DNA of 46,751 bases, filler included, from Jimgerdemannia flammicorona (Eukaryota), in NCBI GenBank assembly GCA_003990765.1. It is 2 parts of 2 records of this genome, joined end to end, with 100 filler letters (N's around TTAATTAATTAA, not from the genome) between each part and the next. Parts side by side here need not be neighbours in the genome. Positions count along the whole stretch, not along the records: positions 23,430 to 46,751 come from RBNJ01001119.1; 1 more part is not named here. The stretch is one strand, 5' to 3'. Below, piece by piece: positions 35,501 through 46,751 of this stretch. The notes under the pieces are model-generated. The model was not told where the DNA came from. It saw nothing but the letters and a program-made list of their open reading frames with translations, and made no database searches. Made by a program: the position numbers and the translations under genes. Within the stretch, counting starts at the first letter, position 1. Every line of letters starts with the position of its first letter.

Positions 35501-37005
35501 TTCTAATAGTATTACTAGCTAATGGATACTAAGTTGTCATATAGTGGGCACTAAGTTCTTTAAGTATATCAGATTCTCTTTAAGATTTATCTCTTACCAA
35601 CTATAAGTTTCTTATAACCAAGTTCTATTGGAGTGCTTTTTCAAGGTCTTATAGTCCTCAAACTTTTTATCTTTAAACTGTTCTATTGTCTCTTGGATTT
35701 ACTTACATTGAATTGAGTAGAGGACTAGAACTTTTGTACTCTTGAGTAGTTTGGTACTTGAATGCTTGAGTGTTTTAATATGGACTTTATTTTAAAGAAA
35801 ACGAGAGAGATATTTATATAAATATAATTTAATAGTTACTAAGATATAAAGTAAAATATAAAATCCAATATTCAAATAAGATATTTGAATATAGAAAACT
35901 TCAAATTGTAATACAAATTTAAGTATCTATATAATTAGTTATATAAGATCAGAATACCAGAATAATTTCTGTTAGTTACATAAGGTCTAAATGTTAGAAT
36001 CTTTAATTATTTAAATAAATAGTTATATAAACAAATTAGAGTAGAATGTTCAAAATCCTGCAGGCTTCATCTTTATTACTATCATTAAGACTAAAGGTTA
36101 GAGACAGGATATCTTTGGAGAAAATAAGGTCAGTGAATGTTTTTATAAGTATTTCATTTATTTTACATTTTTCATACATATCAATTAATAGGATAATATT
36201 ATTATTAGTGATGTCATTATATTAGATATTAGTGAAAGGGAGATCAGAGGTACTCCAATCTATAATATTTTCCTCTACAAAGTAGGAGACAGAGGTGTGA
36301 TCTTGTAGAGATCTGATCTAAATACTGAACCCTTGGAATACTAAGATTAATCCTTATAGAAATTGATCAGAATTATTCTGGAGGATGGGATTCTGGAACT
36401 TTTCTATCTCATCACTTTTGAGAGTGATAGTAGATTGAGCTTCTATGACTATTATGGCTTTTAGTACATCCATATCATGAGCTGACAATTTCTTGAAGTC
36501 TGAGACTCTGGTATACTCCAAGTTGTAGATTGACTAAAGGATATATCTGAAGATCTGATGGATCTTTTTGGCTACTCTCAATTTATATATATCTATAGAG
36601 ATAGTTTCTTATATCTCTTTGAGACTGGTCTGAGGGAATTCTTATAGAGGAGGTTTCTTATTTCATATTTCTGTCACATCCAGAGGCATTCAGTAGTGGT
36701 CATGATCTTTGTCTCCATTTCTTAATGGTAGAGGATTAATTGGTAAGAGTCACTAGTATCTAGATTGCAGCTAGGAATCCTTCTAATATAGGTCCTCATA
36801 GCTCTCCTGATATCTTGGAATATCATTTCTTAAACTGAGAAGCCTTGGTGATTCCTGGATCTTATAGTTTAGTGAGTTATTTATAGTGAGTCTTTTGAAC
36901 TATTTTGGAATTTTGTGAGTCTTGTTTGAGTTGCTGCTACTATTGTTTCTTGGTTCTACTTTATATTCCTTAAGATATCTAACTTATGGTTATTATGACT
37001 CAGAG
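32591..37005 (-). mobile_element. Decayed Ty3/Gypsy element (extra ORF, gag with CCHC, protease, pre-RT), truncated
   Basis: CCHC remnant CIKCREEGHYV (~34630-34665); retropepsin IIDT...ITAD...ATNYNILIGNQ (33770-34005); pre-RT WLQAELKEMEEADII (~32620-32665). Confidence 0.75.
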
Positions 37006-37009
37006 TTTA

Positions 37010-38240
37010 TTTTTATTGCTCATCTTGTGACCTAAATGAGTTATTCCACATAATCTTCTTATACTCTGATCTAGTGTCTTATAAGAAAAGGCTATCTCCT
37101 ATAATGATATCACTATTCTGAGAACACTATTACAATAGATATATAGTAATATATCTTTTAGTAGTCTATATACATAATAGTTAATACAGATTTTTATTAA
37201 GAATTAGAACTCTATATTAGACTTGATAGTTCTTATAATTTATTTTAAACTTTAGCAGATATCAGTTATAAGAACCCTAAAAGGAAAATTTCTATTTTGA
37301 TTTTCTGAATCTTTTTTCAAATATTAGTATAGATATCTTAGAATATAGTCATTGAAGTATACTTCTTCTAAAATTTCAAAGTTAATGACTTTTGTTCTTT
37401 TTTTTTTATCTCTTTATCTTCAGATAAATAGTTTTTTTCATAAGTTATAGTTTTAGAAATAAAGATAAGAAGACTGAGAAGGTATTTCTAACTACTCTTT
37501 ATCAGCTTCTTTATCTTTTTCTAAATAGTTCTTCTACCTACTCTTCTAGATAGTCCTTCTACTGGTCTTTTTCTTTTTTTAGTAGAGTAGACTATTTTTG
37601 AGAAGATGACTTTAGTTAGATATAAGTCTAGATTACTGTAGTCTTTACTATTATCTTTCTCTAAGTCTTTTATAAAGTAGACTTCAGTCCTCTTATATAG
37701 AGTTATATTATTTTAGTTTAGTAGTTTTAATTACTTTTTCTACTATTAGATTCTGTAGTATAGTATTTAAATTAACTATAGTAGTAGTATTGACTCTAGG
37801 TTCTTCTTAGATTAAATAGCTTCTGTTTTTATAGAGTAGATAGACTTAGTTTCTTTATAGTATATATCTTCTATTATCTTAATGGTAGTTCTGATTTTTA
37901 CATATAGTAAGTTTTTAATTTACTCAATTAATTAATAAAGACTAGAGCTGTGATCTTACATAAATATCATTATAGTTCTTCTTCTATACTTTTATTATTT
38001 TCTCTTCTCTTGAGTTTTCTTAGAGAATTCCTTAGAGAGTCAAAATCAAGATATCTTTCTTATCTTCTTTTTTATTATTATTCCAAGTAGTTCTTACTTA
38101 ACATTGAAGTATTCTTAGACTATATTTACTTATCTATTATATCTTTTGATATTAAGACTATAGGTATGCTGAGTAATATTGAGAGAGATTTTATTTATAA
38201 AAATTATTAGTTTAATAATATCCTAGTTAATAGTACCGAA
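37010..38240. other. Extremely AT-rich, CpG-poor relic, probably an ancient hypermutated TE
   Basis: Composition only (TA/TAG/CTA-rich, no ORFs); family not recognisable. Confidence 0.4.
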
Positions 38241-38255
38241 TTCAATAGTATATAT

Positions 38256-38702
38256 TCCCAGATGGATGAGGTACTGTAGATACTAAAGTCTGTTCCAGAC
38301 TTTACTAGCTTTGGGAGGACCATGAAGAGTTGGTTTCTACTATTCTAAAAGCATTGGCATGCTTTATATTATCTTAAATATGGGTTTATATGTGCAAATT
38401 TCCTTCTGTCTAAGATATATATAAATGAGACATTTTATGTAAAATATGGTAATAAAAGAATATCTTGACTCCCATGGAGTCCCTTAGCCTAGAAAGCTTG
38501 GCATGTGAGCCAGAAACACCCAAAGAGAAATATAGGAAAAACTGGCTAGCAAAGTGCAAAGAAAAAATAGGAAAATCAAATATATCCAAAGAAAATCAAA
38601 AAATATTCAGAAATAGGTGGAAAATCAACTCTTCATAGTCCTCCCAAAGCTCATAAAGTCTGGAACAGACTTTGGCATCTATGGCACCTCATCTATCTAG
38701 GA
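38256..38702. repeat. ~95-bp inverted repeat pair (38256-38350 / 38605-38702), ITR/ICR-like
   Basis: GATGAGGT...AAAGTCTGTTCCAGACTTTA...GCTTTGGGAGGAC.ATGAAGAGTTG is the reverse complement of the second copy. Confidence 0.85.
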
Positions 38703-39877
38703 CTAAGTATTACTTTGTTCTGGATCATTTCAGAGTTAGTTGTTTGTAGATCTGATATGAGTAGAGTATCTGGCTGAGGGTACCCCAATGGCCATAACTT
38801 TACCCTTGTATTTGAGGACTATGTAAATGAGGGAAATGACCTGAGCAGATTATAAAAGGACTGGTATCTGATATAGCTGATGATAGTGGCATTCAAACAT
38901 AGTTTTGGAACTTCAATTGCCACTCACAACTTCATCAATGGGCATACCTCCTTCCAGAGCTTCAGTAGAGGTTTCAGCCAGAATGAAGTAAGGGCAATGA
39001 ACCAGATCAGTGCCCATGGCCACCATGTATTCAGAAAACCAATTTCAAAGGCAGTCAGGTGTAAGGTTGTAATGGAGAGAGCACATTCTGATGAACAGAT
39101 AGTTGCCATTTGTCCATGGGTGGAGGGGATCCATCTCACATGTCCAGTAGAAAATCCAGTATATAGAGTATATATTCTTATTCTCTAAGAGGGCTGGAAT
39201 AGGATGGGAGATCTTAGTGGCAATATCAGGGGGGTATTCCTTTATTATATTGGTAGTCAGGACCATTTCAGTGGGCCAATCACTGATGCTACTATGAAAA
39301 CTTATAGTCCAGCATTTCACAAAATTGCTCACCATCACCCCAGAAGATACATAGGGCAAGAAGAGCATGTATTTTATTACTACAGAGTACATATCACTGG
39401 ATAGAGTCATAGGGGCCCAGGGAAGCTAGCCACTGAATAAGGGTGGTGACGTCCCATCAGATGGCCTTGTCTTTTAAGAGAGGGGGTTAAAGATTCACAG
39501 CACCCTAGATCAGATAGAAAACAGTCAGATAGTTGGAGAAATAAATACTATTCATCATGGGGATCTACTGGCCAATGGTAGTATGGATGCTCCAAAGCTA
39601 ATACATGCTTATTCCTTCCTTGAAAAGCTGAGCTAAGCAGTTAGTGTGTTGCTCAGTAGAAGCTTGTAAGAGATTGATACATTGTTGATAGTACCAACAG
39701 ATAAAGTGTTGATATGCTGACTTATAGTTCTTGTATGAGGATGTTTGTATACTAGTCCAGATAAATTTGTGTGCCTGCAGCACTAGTGCTGTGGTATCAG
39801 GGGATCACATGCCAGGGCATCTCAGTATATCATCCATGTTATCATCATCATTGTTATTGTCATCAGGAGATAATAAG
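38256..39877 (-). mobile_element. DIRS-like tyrosine-recombinase retrotransposon, 3' part (YR gene remnant and terminal repeat structure)
   Basis: YR N-terminal-like SSYKNYKSAYQHFICWYYQQ, a CPLMKL motif and an inverted terminal/internal complementary pair. Continues at 45872 across the Gypsy TSD. Confidence 0.7.
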
Positions 39878-40279
39878 TGTAACATTTTAGCGTAGTGTAT
39901 TTCTTTTCTCTGTCTTTCTTCAATATTCTACAACCCTCTGGTATTTTCCGAATGCTTAGAAATCCTTTCTTGGTGCCAAGCATTAACTAGTACTTATTTA
40001 GTTAGTCACTGAATGTCCTGGAAACTTGTAGAACTTTATTTGTCATCATTTGTCATCTTTGCCAAGAACTTTCCTCTTGGCATTTTCCTTTGATTTCTCA
40101 GATCCTTCCAGATCCTTCTTTCAGATCTTGTATAAATACTCCCTTTGTTCTCATGAATAAAGCTCAGAATATTTTCTCCCAGAAATCCTTCGAGAACACT
40201 TGAATTATTAATATCTCTTCGAGCTACTTAGGACCACCAGAATTAGTCGCTTCCTCATTTAGAAACTAGAACCATTACA
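39878..40279 (+). repeat. 5' LTR (402 bp)
   Basis: TGTAA...TTACA; about 17 substitutions and 1 indel versus the 3' LTR by eye; contains TATAAA and AATAAA. Confidence 0.95.
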
Positions 40280-40281
40280 CT

Positions 40282-40292
40282 TGGTAGCAGCA
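40282..40292 (+). promoter_or_regulatory. Primer binding site, probably tRNA-iMet
   Basis: TGGTAGCAGC two bases after the 5' LTR; the tRNA identity is inferred. Confidence 0.6.
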
Positions 40293-40347
40293 GTGAAGTT
40301 ACATCTAGCCTTATCAAGACACCTCTCAAGATATCAGTCACAACACT

Positions 40348-43300
40348 ATGGAGGACAACGGCAATACCTCTTACCACCAGCAAGAAGAAGAAGAGGAACA
40401 GCCAATCCCCACCCAGTCAACTGGGTCTATCGAGAGTCTTTTGCAAACCACATTAGCTCAGATTGCCCAACTTCAAGAATGTGTAGAAAGAAAGGAAAGC
40501 AAGGCCTCCACTCATACCTCTGCACCTCTACCGACATCAATACATCCGACAGCAGTCACTATCAAGCCTCAGAAGCCCGACACCTTTGATGGTCAAAGAG
40601 GAGGACTGTCTACCAATGCCTGGCTTTTCCAATTGGAGCAATATAGAGAACTGACCAATTTGGAAGAAACAACACTAGTCCAATTTGCCGCCACACTCCT
40701 CTGATGGAATGCTGCAATCTGGTGGTGAAATCATGTCCAGAATACCAGATTCTCTGGCCGAATCAAGACCTGGGGCGAATTCTCTGATGCTATTCAAGGC
40801 CAATTCAAACCAGTCAACAGCACCAAGGCTGCATGAGACCGTCTGGCAAATGTCAAACAACTCAAGTCTGTGCAAGCATACAATGCACAATTCCTGTCAA
40901 TCCTGCTAGAATTACCACATATCACTGAAGATGAGAAGGTTGACAAGTATATCTGAGGTTTGAAGGGCCAAACCCGAGTCTGTGTTGAACTAGAAGAACC
41001 TAAGGACCTAGACACAGCAATGAAAATTGCTGATAGGTTTGATGTCATCACCTATGGTCACTGCTTTGAACAGAAGAGACTGCCTTTCAACAACAACAAC
41101 AACCACAGAAGAGAGGAACCCAAAGTCAGAACTGTTGGACCTGCCCCCATGGACCTAGACACTATCGACAAGAGCAAGAAAGGCAAGCTTACACCCAAGG
41201 AAAAGGAGTGCCTCAAGAAGGCTAGAGCCTGCTTCTTTTGCCATCAGCCTGGTCACATTGCAACCAAATGTCCCAAGAAAACTGCGGAACCAAAGAGGAT
41301 CCTTGTCCTGTCCAAAGACACTCAAGGTCAACTAGTCGAACAAGAAGTTATACTCAATTTCATGTGAGTCAACCCCAAGGCCCAGATCCCTCAAGCACAG
41401 TCAGAAGGAGCCATTGGTTTGGACCTTCAAGCAGTACAACAAGTCACTATTCCAGCACATGAAAGAAGGCTCATCCCAACTGGCCTATCAGTCGAAATCC
41501 CCAAGGAACATTATGCAAGAATTGCACCAAGATCTGGCCTCAGCTTCAAGCACTTTGGATGTTGGTGCTGGAGTAATAGACCCTGACTTCTAAGGTGAAA
41601 TGCAAGTTCTGCTAGTCAACCACAAGAACCAGCCATATACCATCAATGAAGGAGATAGAATTGCACAGCTCATTCTGGAGCGAGCCACTCTACTGGTTGT
41701 CAAAGAAGTTACCAAGCTGTCTTCCACTAAGCGAGATCAGAAAGGCTTTGGCAGCACTGACAAAGTTGCAAGCATAGCTGAGAACCGAGCCAATTCAATG
41801 CTCATTTTCAAAGGTCTAGTCAAGGGACAAGAACTAGATGTTCTCATAGACAGCAGAGCTGTTGGGAACTTCATCAACAAGAACCTCATCAACAAGCTCA
41901 AGATTCTTACCAAACCAGCTAGCAAGAATGGTGGAGTTGTCACTACAGATGGCACCACCTTACCAATTGACTCAATTGCTGCTAAACTTCCCCCCAAGAT
42001 CCAGAAGTATTGGGAACATTTAGATTTCGAGGTAGCACCACTAGGAGACCATGACCTGATCCTAGGCAAACCCTGGCTTATACAGCACAACTCTCAGATT
42101 GATTGGACCAAGAATGAAGTCACCTTGATTCAAGATGGAGTCAACATTACCATCAAGCCAGACAAGACTCAGATGAGAACCCCAATTGCTACCCTTTCAG
42201 CAATCCAGTTCAAGAAGGCCCTCAAGAAAGCTACCTGTGCCTTTGTGGCACTGATCCGACCAAAGAAAGAAGACAAGAAGCTATCAATTGATGAAAGCAT
42301 CAAGTTACTGCTGAATAAGTACAAAGATGTCTTCCCAGACAAACTACCTGGTCTACCACCTTCAAGAGACCATGACCACGAAATCAAGTTGGTACCTGAT
42401 GCAGCTATACCCAAGAAGAAAATGTACCGCATGTCTCTACTCGAAATTGAAGTAGTCAAGAAGGAACTCAACGAACTCATTGAGCGAGGAGCCAATCAGC
42501 CAAGCAAGTCACCCTTTGGCTCCCCAGTCCTATTTGTCAAGAAAAAGGATGATACTCTGCGAATGTACATAGACTACCGAGCACTCAACAAGATCACTGT
42601 CAAGCACCACTATCCGCTACTACTTATAGATCAAATCTTTGATACTCTCAAGAATGCAAAGTACTTCACCAAGATTGATCTCACCTCTGGGTATCACCAA
42701 ATTCGAATCAAGCCAGAAGACATACCCAAGACTGCCTTCATGACACCCTTTGGACTCTACGAGTTTCTAGTCATGGCCTTTGGTCTCACCAATGTGCCAG
42801 CAACCATTCAAGACCTCATGCAAACTGTCTTCAAGGATCAGCTCTATATCTTTGTACTTGTATACATTGATGACATCCTGATCTTCAGTAGTACTAAAGA
42901 AGAACACCTCAAGCACATTGAACAAGTCCTCAAGATCCTCCACGAGAACAAGCTCTATGCAAAGCTCAAGAAATGTGAATTTTTCAAGGATCAAGTTGAA
43001 TACCTTGGACACATTGTATCAGCCAAAGGAATTCAGGTAGACCCAAGGAAAATACAAGCCATTGAACAGTGGCCTGTACCAGCAAACCTTACTGAACTCA
43101 GGTCCTTCCTTGGTCTGGCTGGATACTACTGTTGATTTGTCAAGAACTTCTCTGGCATTGCAGAATCTTTGACAAACCTCCTGCAAAAGGAACCCAACTC
43201 TGACCTCTATATTCCCTACATCTGGGATGCCTTCTGTCAACAAGCTTTTCAAGAACTCAAGAACCGCCTGACCCATGCACCTGTCCTTAGAAATATGGAC

Positions 43301-45157
43301 CCAAACTTGAAGTTCACAGTTACTACAGATGCATCTAACTTTGCCATTAGTGCAGTCATTTCTCAAGATGATGGTCAAGGACACCAACCTATTGCCTTTG
43401 AGTCAAGAAAATTGTCCCCAGCAGAACAAAAGCTGGCTACTCACGAAAAGGAACTCCTAGCAATCATACATGCCCTCAAGACCTGGCGATACTATCTAGA
43501 AGGAGTTGAGTTCGATGTGATCACTGATCACAGATCCCTTCAGTATATCAACACTCAACCAACCCTTTCTCGCCAGCAAGCCAAGTGGAGTCAACTACTT
43601 CAGACCTTTACCCCAAACATCATCTACAAGCCTGGCAAAACTCTAGTTGTACCAGATGTACTTTCAAGAAGACTTGATCTTGCCACAATTTTACAAGTCA
43701 CTGTGGCACCTGAATTCCTCAACCAGATCAAGAAGGCGTACAAACAAGACCCTCTGGTTCTACAAAGGAACACCAAGGAATTCAAGGAAAAGTACACCAT
43801 CAAGAACAACCTTGTATACTATCAAGACAAAGTATATATTTCTGCCAACCCTAAACTACGATACAAGATTCTCCATGAACACTATGACTCTCTACTAGCT
43901 GGCCACCTTGGAACTGAGAAGACCATCAAGAATATCCAATGAGACTACTACTGGCCAAACATGCTCAAGGAAATCAAGGAGTATGTCCAAAGCTGTGATC
44001 TTTACCAAAGAAACAAGTCAAGCAACCCAACACCTGCTGGTCTTCTACAACCCTTGTCAATTCTGACCAAGAAGTTCAAACAAGTCACAATGGACTTCAT
44101 TGTACAACTCCCATGAACCAAAACAGGCTATGATGCTATTGTTGTGTTTGTGGACCATCTCACCAAAATTACAATTGCCGAGCCAACCACACCCAATGCC
44201 ACTGCCCCAGAAATTGCAAGAATCTTCTTCAAGACTGTCTTCCGTCATTATGGACTTCCCCGAGTAATTATCAGTGACTGCGACCCCAAGTTCACAAGTC
44301 ACTTCTGGCAAGCACTCTTCCAGACCCTTGGAACCCAAATTGCTATGTCTACAGCCTTCCATCCTCAAACTGATGGACAGACAGAGCGAATGAACAGAAC
44401 ACTTGAACAAATGCTCAGAAACTATGTGTCTTATGAGCAAGTTGATTGGGACCACTATCTGACCTATGCCAAATTCACCTACAATAATGCCAACCAATCA
44501 TCAATGGGTCTTTCCCCATTTCAGCTACTTTACAGTCAAAACCCCAAGACCCCTGCAAGTCTAGTCCAATTCCAGCAATCCAGTTACACACAAGTCCCCA
44601 CAGCCCAGAACCTTATTGACAAAATGGATTCTCTTCTCAAGATCGCCACTATGAACCTACAAAAGGCTCAGCAATATCAAGCTAAGTATACAGATAAGAA
44701 GTGGCAAGATGTCATATACAACATTGGTGATATAGTTCTACTCAAAGCTGACAACATCAAGGCTCAATCTCAAGTCAACCGCCAGTCAGCCAAATTCCAG
44801 CCCAAGTACCTTAAACCCTTTGAGATCACCGAGCAAGTCTCTACCTGGTCTTACCGTCTCAACTTGCCAACAACCATGTGTATATACCCAGTATTCCATG
44901 TGTTACAACTTAAGGCCTGGAACCAGTCACCCCCATACCCTGACCGAATTCCAATGCCATTAGCACCAGTTATAGTTAAAGACCACATCGAGTATGAAGT
45001 TGAGAAAATCTTAGACAAACGAGTCCAATACTGTCGCACAGAATATCTAGTCAAGTGGATGGGTTACCCTGAATATGATGCCACCTGGGAACCTGCTGCC
45101 ACTCTCAAGAACTCCCAAGACCTCATCCGAGAGTTCGAGCAAAAAGAAACTCATTGA
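40348..45157 (+). pseudogene. gag-dUTPase-pol polyprotein, disrupted by in-frame stops and one frameshift
   Basis: Gag KPDTFDG; CFFCHQPGHIATKC; protease LIDS; RT YIDD; RNase H TDAS/TDH; integrase MDF..SD..GQTERMN; chromodomain YEVEKIL..YLVKWMGY..TWEP. Confidence 0.93.
41350..41761 (+). pseudogene. dut: dUTPase domain within the Gypsy polyprotein
   Basis: All five trimeric dUTPase motifs: [37 protein letters not shown]. Frameshift at ~41553; stops at 41365 and 41591. Confidence 0.93.
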
Positions 45158-45457
45158 CTGCCCGTGAGGTTCTCCCCTTAGATAGTAGACGACCTACTGT
45201 GCTGATCAGGCACATTACGCATCAGGGCTCTCTAAGGGATACAGCATCAGAAGCAAGAGATACAGGAGAACCCTATAAATCCTGCAACCAATGAGATTCG
45301 AACCAGTTCTCATCTGATCAAGATGATACTTTGGCCCTCACCTTATACAAGGACGGCCAATCCTTGCCAATGAGTCGGTATATTTAATTTGAAGTTTCTT
45401 TTAGTCTTATTGTTTATCATGTATAACTTTGAGAATTCAACGAGGATGTTGATTCTT

Positions 45458-45470
45458 AAGGAGGGGGAGA
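45458..45470 (+). promoter_or_regulatory. Polypurine tract
   Basis: AAGGAGGGGGAGA immediately 5' of the 3' LTR. Confidence 0.9.
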
Positions 45471-45871
45471 TGTAATATTTTAGTGTAGTGTATTTCTTTT
45501 CTCTGTCTTTCTTCAATATTCTACAACCTTCTGGTATTTTCCGAATGCTTAGAAATCCTTTATTGGCACCAAGCATTAACTAGTACTTATTTAGTTAGTC
45601 ACTGAATGTCCTGGAAACTTGTAGAACTTTATTTGTCGTCATTTGTCATCTTTGTCGAGAACTTTCCTCTTGGCATTTTCCTTTGATTTCTCAGATCCTT
45701 CCGGATCCTTCTTTCAGATCTTGTATAAATACTCCCTTTGTTCTCATGAATAAAGCTCAGAATATTTTCTCACAGAAATCCTTCGAGAACACTTGAATTC
45801 TTAGTATCTCTTCAAGCACTTAGGACCACCAGAATTAGTTGCTTCCTCATAAAGAAACTAGAACCATTACA
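45471..45871 (+). repeat. 3' LTR (401 bp)
   Basis: Direct repeat of 39878-40279, followed by TSD ATAAG. Confidence 0.95.
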
Positions 45872-46751
45872 ATAAGGAAGGAGAATGGGGGGAATGATTG
45901 TTATTTCCAGGAGTTTGGGTCATTAGCTCTGTTATGCCAAAATGACATAATGAGGACTAGGTGAGTATACCTGTTCTCCTTGACCTTGTACAGTATATAG
46001 TTGAAGAGGATCTATGATGGATTCATATAAGTACTGGAGGTCAGCCATTGATGTTAGAAAGCATTGATGCTCAGGGCCTTGGGGTCTACCTGCTAGCTAT
46101 AAAAGAGAGGGGTCTGGGTCATTGCCCATGATAGGAAGAGGTCCAGATATATGAGACACCAATAGAGGAGATGATGGAATATCATCAGGTTGAGTTACCA
46201 TTTATCTGGGCTGGGGTGAATATAGCTCAGAAAATTGGCATGCATGTTATTGATCCCAGGGATGTATTCAGTGAAGAGGCATATTCTCCTCATCATGCAG
46301 ATGTGGTGTATCTTGGTAGTAATTTCATTTAGATAGAGGAGAGAGCTCTCTTGCTTGTTGATGAAAGCTCTTGTGGTCATGTTGTCCATCTGAATGAGGA
46401 CTGCGCAGCCCTCCCAATAGTGGTTGTTGATCTGAAGCATGAAAAGAACTGTCTTGAGTTCATAGTAGTTAATGGAGAGGTATCATTCCACAGGGGTCAA
46501 GTGCCCATTGCTTGCTGCATCACTTAGCTGGTAGATATAGAAGCAGTGATTTTGAAGCTCTAACCTAGGTCACTGGTATCTATATTGACAGTGTTTGGTA
46601 AGTAGGGACCAGCCATTCCAGCTGGAGAGCTCAAGGGACTACTAACTGAGGTCCTCCTGAGATATTGTAGAGATGAACATAAGACTATTCTAGTTGTAGT
46701 TATTGGTATTGAGAGAGTCCTTGATGTTCTGAATGAGGAACTATATTTGAA
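45872..46751 (-). mobile_element. DIRS-like element, RNase H and methyltransferase-like region (continues beyond the window)
   Basis: WNG...SIN..EL, VLIQMDNMTTRAFINKQ and YIPGINNMHANFLS match DIRS-type RNase H; downstream W*LN...DLF...NAF resembles the DIRS MT-like domain. Confidence 0.8.

Larger units (their letters stand above)
39878..45871 (+). mobile_element. Full-length chromodomain Ty3/Gypsy LTR retrotransposon with dUTPase (inactivated)
   Basis: Two TG...CA LTRs, TSD ATAAG (39873-39877 and 45872-45876), PBS, PPT, and domain order gag-CCHC-dUTPase-PR-RT-RH-IN-chromo. Confidence 0.97.

Noticed and set aside
41545..41560. Programmed ribosomal frameshift between gag and pol
   Set aside because: The shift falls in the middle of the dUTPase between motifs II and III and is best explained by loss of two T's.

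Overview
Eukaryotic, intron-containing, TE-rich DNA. Gene content (TRP-like channels, TKL kinase, F-box/LRR and RNI-like LRR relics) suggests an early-diverging fungus such as Mucoromycota; this is inference only. Left of an artificial gap/linker at 23330-23429 lie: a ~3.9 kb inverted segmental duplication carrying two apparently intact 5-exon TRP-like cation-channel genes (each with a 16-nt S4 micro-exon), a third decayed copy, a TKL kinase pseudogene, a frameshifted membrane glycoprotein gene, a foldback palindrome, decayed Gypsy relics and the 5' part of an L1/Tx1-like LINE. Right of the gap lie: LRR and F-box pseudogenes, two more copies of a ~1.19 kb poly(A)-tailed element, a decayed Gypsy with an extra upstream ORF, and a full-length but inactivated chromodomain Ty3/Gypsy element. 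That element carries a cellular-type dUTPase between the nucleocapsid knuckle and the protease, and is nested (TSD ATAAG) inside a DIRS-like tyrosine-recombinase retrotransposon. TEs show CpG and, in older copies, CpA/TpG transition hypermutation, while the duplicated genes retain their CpGs. All alignments and counts were made by eye and are approximate.
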